Source of the DNA: Planctomycetota bacterium
GTDB taxonomy: Bacteria; Planctomycetota; UBA8742; UBA2392
Length of the DNA stretch: 64,000 nt
NCBI GenBank assembly: GCA_015075515.1
Contig: JABTUE010000003.1
Coordinates: 700,005 to 764,004, forward strand
Direction of reading: 5' to 3'
In this document: in pieces, positions 57,395-64,000 of the stretch
Numbering within the stretch: the stretch's first letter is position 1
How the letters are laid out: the number at the start of each line of letters is the position of its first letter
Position numbers and translations under genes: made by a program
The notes under the pieces: model-generated
What the model saw: only the letters and a program-made list of their open reading frames with translations
Database searches by the model: none
What the model was told of the DNA's origin: nothing

Positions 57395-58038
57395 TACTTG
57401 GCCTCCTTGGCGGGCTGGACACCGCCCTTGAGGGCATCCAGCGCCTCGCGGGTCAGCAGCAGATGGCGCTGTTTCATCACTTCATAGGCGTTGAACTCGC
57501 TGACCTGGCGCACCAGCGAGCGCGGGATGTTGCGCGCTGACAGGTAAAAGTTGCGGTCGGGCCGCGCCACACCCAGCAGCAGACTGCCCTCGGCCAGGCC
57601 GGCGGTTTCAAGCATCTTGGTCAGCTTGCGGGTCTGCGGCTTGTCAAAGCTCAGGCCGTCCACCACCGACACGGCGCCGCCGCGGAAACGCGCCAGCAGA
57701 GCCGAGGCCAGCGCGACACGGCGCATGTTGGTCGGAATGTTGCGGTAAAAGTCGCGCGGGTGCGGGCCGTGGGCAACGCTGCCCTTGCGGCGGTGCGGCG
57801 CGTGCTTCTGGCCGGTGCGGGCGCGACCGGTACCCTTCTGCTTCCAGGGCTTCTTGTTGCTGCCGGCCACGTCGGACAGGTTCTTGGTGTTGACCGTGCC
57901 CTGGCGCCGGTTGCGCTCATAGGCGTACACGATCTCGCGCAGGGTGCGCGACTTGACCTTGTCGCCGAACACGGACTCGTCAAAGGAGATTTTCTCCTTG
58001 GCCTTGCCGCTGGCGTCATATACCTGAACTTCCACCAT
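57394..58038 (-). CDS. rplD: 50S ribosomal protein L4
   Basis: NRRQGTVNTKNLSDVAGSNKKPWKQKGTGRARTG. Confidence 0.95.
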   Translation of the reverse strand: MVEVQVYDASGKAKEKISFDESVFGDKVKSRTLREIVYAYERNRRQGTVNTKNLSDVAGSNKKPWKQKGTGRARTGQKHAPHRRKGSVAHGPHPRDFYRNIPTNMRRVALASALLARFRGGAVSVVDGLSFDKPQTRKLTKMLETAGLAEGSLLLGVARPDRNFYLSARNIPRSLVRQVSEFNAYEVMKQRHLLLTREALDALKGGVQPAKEAK

Positions 58039-58065
58039 TGCTTGCTCCGCTGTATCCCCTGCCCG

Positions 58066-58752
58066 TTACTTGGCCGTTGCCGCAGCCTTGCGCAGCGCGC
58101 GGTCAGCCTTGGCAAACGTCTTGGCCTTTGCCTTGCGCACGGTAACCGCCGCGCCGTTGAAGCCGGGCACAGCGCCGCGCAGAAAGACCAGGTTGCGCTT
58201 TTCGTCCACGCGCGCGACCAGCAGGTTGCGCACGGTGATGCGATCCACGCCCATGTGGCCGGCCATGCGCTTGCCTTTGCGCACGTGGGCGATGTTGGTG
58301 TTGGTGCCCGAACTGCCGGGCTCGCGCATGAACTTTGTGCCGTGGGCGGCAGGACCGCCGGCAAACCCGTGGCGCTTGACACCACCCTGGTAACCGCGCC
58401 CCTTGCTGGTGCCAATCACGTCCACCCAGTCGCCCTGCTTGAAGACGTCACTGACCTTGATTACGTCACCGGCCTTGTGGGCGGCGGGGGCGCTCAGGCG
58501 GACTTCCTGAAGGCGACGACGGGGTTCAACGCCGGCCTTCTTGAAGTGCCCCTTCTGGGGTTTGCTGACGCGCGACAGGCGGATGTCGCCAAAGCCAAGC
58601 TGCACGGCGTCGTACCCGTCGTTTTCCGCGTTCTTGACCTGCACGACGGTGCACGGGCCGACTTCAACGATCGTGACAGGCACAATGGTGCCGTCATCGT
58701 TGAACAACTGGCTCATCTCGCGCTTGGTACCAATCAGTTGCGTCACGGACAT
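58066..58752 (-). CDS. rplC: 50S ribosomal protein L3
   Basis: [35 protein letters not shown]...GTSKGRGYQGGVKRH. Confidence 0.95.
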   Translation of the reverse strand: MSVTQLIGTKREMSQLFNDDGTIVPVTIVEVGPCTVVQVKNAENDGYDAVQLGFGDIRLSRVSKPQKGHFKKAGVEPRRRLQEVRLSAPAAHKAGDVIKVSDVFKQGDWVDVIGTSKGRGYQGGVKRHGFAGGPAAHGTKFMREPGSSGTNTNIAHVRKGKRMAGHMGVDRITVRNLLVARVDEKRNLVFLRGAVPGFNGAAVTVRKAKAKTFAKADRALRKAAATAK

Positions 58753-58856
58753 CGCTGTAACCTCTGTTTGCTTCCTCTACTGCTCGCCACTGGGGTTGCC
58801 CGGTGCATCCCCTTGTCCGACGCGGCCGTGCCGTTGGTCGGAGGGCGTTACTGTCG

Positions 58857-59174
<318 letters not shown>

Positions 59175-59240
59175 GACTTTGCCTCTTCCTGCCGAAAGGG
59201 GCGCAGACCTTAGCCTGCACCCGCAAAGCGTCAATAACCC

Positions 59241-61385
59241 TTACCGCCGGCCCGCGACCTTGCCGCCCTTGGTGACACCGCGCTCGGCCAGAATCTTTTC
59301 CTTGATGTGCGGCGGCGTGACTTCGTACCGATACGGTTCCATCGCGTAGTTGGCACGGCCCTGGCTCAGACCGCGCACGGCCTGGACGTAACCGAACATT
59401 TCCGACAGCGGCACGACGGCCATGATGATGACGATATCGCCGTCGCGCTCGGTGTTTTCAATGCGGGCGCGGCGCGAGTTCAAGTCGCCGATCACGGGGC
59501 CCATGAACTCTTCGGGCGTGCGAACCTCGACCTTCATCATCGGTTCCAGGATCTCGGTACCCACTTCTTCCAGCAACGCACGGAACGCAATGCGCGCCGC
59601 GTCAATGTACGCGAAGTCCTTGCTGTCCACGTCGTGGTAGCTGCCGTCGTACACACTGGCCTTGAAGCCCAGCACCGGGTAACCGGCAATGCCGCCCGAG
59701 GCCGCGGTGTTGCGCACGCCTTCTTCGACGTTCTTGATGAACTGGCGCGGGATGCTGCCGCCGACCGTGTCGTCCTCGAACTCGACCTGGTCGCGCTTTT
59801 CCTCGGGCAGAAGCTCCCAGCGGATTTTGCAGTGACCGTAGGAGCCGGCGCCGCCGCTTTGCTTCTTGTGCAGACCTTCGGTTTCGCAGGTCTGGCCGGG
59901 ACGCAGGCCGACCAGTTCGCGGTACGCCACGCGGGGCTGGCCCACGGCGGCATCCACACGGAACTCGTTGAGGATGCGCGAACGGATGATGTCCAGGTGC
60001 AGTTCGCCCATGCCCGAGATCACCGTCTGCTGGGTTTCCGGATCCAGGCGCACCTTGAACGTGGGGTCGTTCTTGGCCATTTTCTGAAGCGCCATGGCCA
60101 GCTTTTCGCGGTCGGCGTTGGACTTGGGCTCGATGGACATCGAGATCACCGTGTCCGGGAACGTGATCGCGCCCAGCACCAGCGGCTTGTCCTCGTTACA
60201 CAGCGTGTCACCGGTGTAGGTGTTGTTCAGGCCCACCGAAGCGACAATGTCGCCGGCCTCGGCCTGTTCCAGCACCGTGCGATCGTTGGCGAACATGCGG
60301 AACAGGCGGGTGATGCGCTCGCGCCGCTTGATGCGCGCGTTGTATACCGTGTCGCCGGACTTGAGCGTGCCCGAATAAATGCGCAGGTAGGTCAGTTCGC
60401 CGTGCTGTTCGCTGACGGTCTTGAACGCCATCACCGCCAGCGGCCCCTTGGCGTCGCAGGTCAGCTTGTAGTCCTTGCTGCGGTCGTCGGGATTTTCGGC
60501 GTCCTTGGCCTCGGTCGGGGGCAGATCCAGCGGACTGGGCAGATACCAGACCACGGCATTGACCATGTCCTGCACGCCCTTGTAGCGATAGCTGCTGCCG
60601 CACACCACGGGCACCAGCTTGAACGCGATTGTGCCCGCGCGCAGCGCCGCGCGGATCATGGCCGGGGTAACCTTGTCCAACTGGTCTTCCAGCAACAGGT
60701 TGGCGATCGTGTCGTCCACGTCTGCGCACTTTTCAATCATGCGCTGACGGGCAGCCCTGGCTTCATCCAGAAGGTTGGCGGGGATTTCGTGCTTGATGAC
60801 CTCTTTGCCGTTTTCGCCCTCAAAGCTGTGGGCCTTCATTTCAATCAGGTCAATCACACCCTTGTGTTCGACCTCTTCACCCCAGGGAATCTGAACCGGC
60901 ACCGGGTTGGTGCCCAGGCGCTTGACCATGCTTTCGACGCTCTTGCGGAAGCTAGCCCCGATCTTGTCCATCTTGTTGATGTAGGCAATGCGGGGCACGC
61001 GGTACTTGTCGGCCTGGCGCCACACCGTCTCGCTTTGCGCTTCGACGCCTTCCTTGCCGTCAAACACCACCACCGCGCCGTCCAGCACGCGCAGCGAGCG
61101 TTCGACTTCGGCCGTAAAATCCACGTGGCCGGGAGTATCAATCAGGTTGATGCCGTGCTTGATGCCACTGACGGGGTCATCCCAGTACGTGCTGACGGCG
61201 GCCGAAACAATGGTGATGCCGCGCTCGCGTTCTTCCTTAAGGTAATCGGTAACCGTGGTGCCGTCGTCAATGTCGCCCGGCCGGTGCACCATGCCGGTGT
61301 AATACAGAATGCGCTCGGTCGTGGTGGTCTTGCCGGCGTCAATGTGGGCACAGATGCCCATGTTCCGAAGGTATTTGAGTTCCAC
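59241..61385 (-). CDS. fusA: elongation factor G
   Basis: The GTG at 61385 is preceded by GGAGAA. Motifs: RNMGICAHIDAGKTTTTERILYYTG, DTPGHVDF, NKMD. Confidence 0.95.
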   Translation of the reverse strand: MELKYLRNMGICAHIDAGKTTTTERILYYTGMVHRPGDIDDGTTVTDYLKEERERGITIVSAAVSTYWDDPVSGIKHGINLIDTPGHVDFTAEVERSLRVLDGAVVVFDGKEGVEAQSETVWRQADKYRVPRIAYINKMDKIGASFRKSVESMVKRLGTNPVPVQIPWGEEVEHKGVIDLIEMKAHSFEGENGKEVIKHEIPANLLDEARAARQRMIEKCADVDDTIANLLLEDQLDKVTPAMIRAALRAGTIAFKLVPVVCGSSYRYKGVQDMVNAVVWYLPSPLDLPPTEAKDAENPDDRSKDYKLTCDAKGPLAVMAFKTVSEQHGELTYLRIYSGTLKSGDTVYNARIKRRERITRLFRMFANDRTVLEQAEAGDIVASVGLNNTYTGDTLCNEDKPLVLGAITFPDTVISMSIEPKSNADREKLAMALQKMAKNDPTFKVRLDPETQQTVISGMGELHLDIIRSRILNEFRVDAAVGQPRVAYRELVGLRPGQTCETEGLHKKQSGGAGSYGHCKIRWELLPEEKRDQVEFEDDTVGGSIPRQFIKNVEEGVRNTAASGGIAGYPVLGFKASVYDGSYHDVDSKDFAYIDAARIAFRALLEEVGTEILEPMMKVEVRTPEEFMGPVIGDLNSRRARIENTERDGDIVIIMAVVPLSEMFGYVQAVRGLSQGRANYAMEPYRYEVTPPHIKEKILAERGVTKGGKVAGRR

Positions 61386-61426
61386 GCTGCTTCTCCGCTG
61401 CTGTCTCGGTTCGATTGCCCGCGCCG

Positions 61427-61462
61427 CACAAAACAAAAGACCGACAGCCTGAGGTGTCGGTC
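61427..61462 (-). terminator. intrinsic-terminator-like hairpin inside the rpsG-fusA spacer, about 40 nt upstream of the fusA start
   Basis: The minus strand reads GACCGACA cctcaggc TGTCGGTC TTTTGTTTTGTG. Confidence 0.5.
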
Positions 61463-61671
61463 GCATTGAAACACGGTCGTTTCAACTCCCTGTCACCCCG
61501 AAACTTGCCCGCCGCAACGGGCAGTCTTTCCAGGCCGGCCCCGGTACCGGGGCACCCTATGCAGGCCCGATGCTCTGGGCCGTTGTCCACTGCCTTTCCC
61601 CAAACGGGGGCGGGAAGTGTAGCGGGAAGACCCCCCGAGTCAAGGGGCCTTCCCGCCGGTGTTTGCGTCAG

Positions 61672-62145
61672 CTACCAGGCAAAATGGGCAAACGCCTTGT
61701 TCGCGTCAGCCATGCGGTGTGTTTCCTCACGCTTGCGCACCGCCGCGCCTTCGCGCTTGTAGGCTTCAGACAGTTCGTCGGCCAGGCGTTCACTCATGGG
61801 CTTGCCCTTGCGGGCGCGCGCCGCGGCAATGATCCAGCGGAAGGCCAGCGCCTGCTGGCGCTTGGCGCCAACGGCCTTGGGAACCTGGTAGGTGGCACCG
61901 CCGACACGCTTGGACCGAACCTCGACCATCGGGCGGCAGTTGTTGAGCGCCTCATTAAACACTTCAAGCGGTTCCTTTTCGGGGATCCGCTTTTTCAGCG
62001 CGTCAAAGGCGTGATAGACGATCTTCTGGGCAACCGTGCGCTTGCCCTCGTACATGATGGTGTTGACGAACTTCGACACGAGCTTGCTGTTGTAGACAGG
62101 GTCAGGCTGAAGAAACCGCTCGGTCGATTTGTAGTTGCGAGGCAT
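61672..62145 (-). CDS. rpsG: 30S ribosomal protein S7
   Basis: MPRNYKSTERFLQPDPVYNSKLVSKFVNTIMYEGKRTVAQKI...HFAW. Confidence 0.95.
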   Translation of the reverse strand: MPRNYKSTERFLQPDPVYNSKLVSKFVNTIMYEGKRTVAQKIVYHAFDALKKRIPEKEPLEVFNEALNNCRPMVEVRSKRVGGATYQVPKAVGAKRQQALAFRWIIAAARARKGKPMSERLADELSEAYKREGAAVRKREETHRMADANKAFAHFAW

Positions 62146-62178
62146 GCGCCTTTCCTCGAATTCCGCTGTGGGGCGCGA

Positions 62179-62206
62179 AAGATAACAGTGAGCAATTGAG
62201 CGTCAA
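62179..62206 (-). promoter_or_regulatory. candidate sigma70 promoter for rpsG inside the rpsL-rpsG spacer
   Basis: The minus strand reads TTGACG, a 16-nt spacer, then TATCTT. The element ends about 34 nt upstream of the rpsG ATG. Confidence 0.35.
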
Positions 62207-62437
62207 GCGGGGGAGCAACCGGAAAGTCGCGGCAAAGTTTTTTCGCGAATTGCCCGCACCCCCGCTTGCGAGGCCGGTTTGCGGCCTGTGTCAGCGCGCG
62301 GTGAAAAGATTTTGGAACACACGCTGTCCCCGCGCGCGACGATACGCGTTTCGGCACGGGCGTTACGCCGCGCGACAACACGTTGCGGCGGACCAACATA
62401 CGGGCAACTGTCAAGCAGGGGACGCGCGACGGCGCGC

Positions 62438-62470
62438 CAAATGACAAGAGCCCCGGCAAACCGGGGCCCT
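62438..62470 (-). terminator. intrinsic-terminator-like hairpin just after rpsL
   Basis: The minus strand reads GGGCCCCGG tttg CCGGGGCTC TTGTCATTT, starting about 23 nt after the rpsL stop. Confidence 0.45.
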
Positions 62471-62492
62471 GTTGACGTGTCAAGAACTTGCG

Positions 62493-62864
62493 CTACTTGC
62501 CGCGTTTTGCGCCGTACTTGCTGCGGCTCTGCTTGCGGCCGTCCACCGCCGCACAGTCCAACGCGCCGCGCACAATGTGGTAGCGCACACCGGGCAGATC
62601 ACGCACGCGGCCGCCGCGCACCAAGACAATGTTGTGTTCCTGAAGGTTGTGGCCCTCGCCGGGAATGTAGGCCGTGACTTCACGCTGGTTGCTCAGGCGG
62701 ATGCGCGCGATCTTGCGCAACGCCGAGTTCGGCTTCTTGGGTGTGGTGGTCTTGACCTGCAGGCACACCCCGCGCTTGTACTGGTTGGCGTCAAGCGCTG
62801 GAGACTTGCTCTTGTAGGTCTTCTTCTTGCGGCCCTTGCGGACCATCTGGTTCATCGTCGGCAT
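62493..62864 (-). CDS. rpsL: 30S ribosomal protein S12
   Basis: [15 protein letters not shown]...[19 protein letters not shown]...[25 protein letters not shown]. Confidence 0.96.
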   Translation of the reverse strand: MPTMNQMVRKGRKKKTYKSKSPALDANQYKRGVCLQVKTTTPKKPNSALRKIARIRLSNQREVTAYIPGEGHNLQEHNIVLVRGGRVRDLPGVRYHIVRGALDCAAVDGRKQSRSKYGAKRGK

Positions 62865-62904
62865 GCGCGGTTCCTGTGCGGCCCTCAAGCGAGGGGCGCG
62901 GAGT

Positions 62905-63999
62905 TTACTTTCCCTTTTCCATTTGCAAGAGGGCGGCCCTTGCACGGTCGTGCAGGTCCGAGGCTTCGGTATCGCCCTCCATCAAGGGCTGCAATGCGGC
63001 AATAGCTGTTCGCAACGCACCGGCCAGCCGCGTGTCGGCCCGCCGCGACGCAAACAGCGCCAGCGCGTAACGGCCCGTCAGAAACGCCCAGTCGTCCGCG
63101 TGCATGCCCGCCGACGACGCGTCGGGCCAGCGGCCTTCGCCGTCACGCAGGCGGTCCCCCCAACGACCAGCCAGCGCCATGTGCCCGGCCGAAAACAGCG
63201 CGTCCACGGCCGTGGCGATCACGACACTGCGCCAGGCCAGGCGCCCCACCCGATAGGCCGCGGAATAGGCGCGCAGAAAGGCTTCATCCATGGCCGCCGG
63301 TTGTTCGGGCGGCAGGTACTGGCCGAGATCCAGCCAGGAACGCAGCGCCCGGATGTGTTCGTCGAGTTCTTCGGCGATTTCGGCGCCACGACGGGAGACC
63401 TCGGCAGCTTCGGCGCGCAGGCCGTGGTCGAAATAGCCGGCACCCAGTTCGCGGCACACGTCGGCATAGCGCACCCAAGCCTGGACTGAACCAAGCGAAT
63501 CCAGTGCCGCGCGTCCGGCCGTCAGCGCCGCAGCCGCATCTTCGCGGCCAAGGCAGACAGCGGTTTCGGCCAGGTACACATCGCCGGCCAGTCGCGCATC
63601 CGCAGCGGTTCCGGCACGGGCATCCGCCAGAAATGCCAATGCCCGTATTTCGTCGCGGCCGTCACCATAACGCCCCCACACCGCGGCCAGCAGGGCGCAA
63701 AGATAGTGACGTTCGCGTGCGTGATCGGCCGGCAATGCGTCGCGCGCCGCAACCAGCAATGAGGCTGCCGCCGCGCGGTTACCCTGGGCGTCAAAGTGAT
63801 CGGCATCCACCAGACGTTGCGCGACCGAGGCCAGGCGATAGGCCGTGTCGGCGGTTCTATCCACGCGCGGTGCCGGCTGCGGTTGCGGCGCCGACGGCGG
63901 GGTCGAAGCGCAGGCGGCAAGCAGAAGCAGCAGCGCGCAAACGGCACGGAGCCTGCCGGGGGCAGGCTCCGCTGTGGCCGCTGTGAAACCGCGCCGCAT
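62905..63999 (-). CDS. helical-repeat lipoprotein of unknown function (start at or beyond the window edge)
   Basis: Signal with lipobox ([11 protein letters not shown]) followed by Ala/Arg/Leu-rich helical sequence. The ATG sits at 63997-63999, one base from the window end. Confidence 0.5.
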   Translation of the reverse strand: MRRGFTAATAEPAPGRLRAVCALLLLLAACASTPPSAPQPQPAPRVDRTADTAYRLASVAQRLVDADHFDAQGNRAAAASLLVAARDALPADHARERHYLCALLAAVWGRYGDGRDEIRALAFLADARAGTAADARLAGDVYLAETAVCLGREDAAAALTAGRAALDSLGSVQAWVRYADVCRELGAGYFDHGLRAEAAEVSRRGAEIAEELDEHIRALRSWLDLGQYLPPEQPAAMDEAFLRAYSAAYRVGRLAWRSVVIATAVDALFSAGHMALAGRWGDRLRDGEGRWPDASSAGMHADDWAFLTGRYALALFASRRADTRLAGALRTAIAALQPLMEGDTEASDLHDRARAALLQMEKGK

Positions 64000-64000
64000 T

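Noticed and set aside
61401-61425. A GGTTCGATT sequence resembling a tRNA T-loop.
   Set aside because: The flanking bases (CTCGG / GCCCG) cannot form a T-stem, and no acceptor or anticodon arms can be drawn.

Overview
This is a visibly GC-rich bacterial chromosomal window. I found no rRNA, tRNA, CRISPR array or mobile element.

Layout:
- 1-7.4 kb (+): a translationally coupled anaerobic benzoyl-CoA module (had fragment, oah/bamA, dch, bcrCBAD, then an SDR).
- 7.4-19.6 kb: an accessory redox island.
  - Two tandem DUF2249+hemerythrin genes lie on the + strand.
  - They converge on a long co-directional minus-strand cluster: MarR, DinB, an extraordinary (CxxC)n secreted protein, a NapA-like molybdoenzyme, a tetraheme cytochrome, a NapE-like peptide, a B12-radical SAM enzyme, an NnrS fusion and an FmdE-like protein.
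  - A secreted EF-hand protein follows.
- 19.7-27.4 kb (+): proC, a family-5 ABC importer (two binding proteins, two permeases, no ATPase) and bioD.
- 27.4-35.8 kb (-): a six-gene operon of outer-membrane barrel, sensor kinase, sigma54-type (GAFTGA) response regulator, exported coiled-coil protein and two paralogous exported alpha/alpha-toroid (prenyltransferase/squalene-cyclase-repeat) proteins. A candidate sigma54 promoter and a structured leader lie upstream.
- 36.2-41.3 kb (+): four ATGA-coupled genes, namely an XPB/Rad25-type helicase, a 65-aa protein, a 575-aa partner that repeats XPB-like and small-protein-like modules, and a TPR lipoprotein.
- 41.3-62.9 kb (-): yraN, then a ribosomal super-operon running rpsL-rpsG-fusA-rpsJ...rplQ-trmD-rplS. 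Its gene content is what I recall for the PVC superphylum (no tuf, rpsD, rpmD or map in their usual slots). Several proteins carry Lys/Ala-rich extensions.

Best candidates for an undescribed system:
1. The XPB four-gene operon.
2. The roughly 27% cysteine (CxxC)n periplasmic protein directly upstream of the nap-like genes.
3. The sigma54/two-component-controlled exported toroid operon.

All product calls come from motif recognition by eye. No database search was possible.
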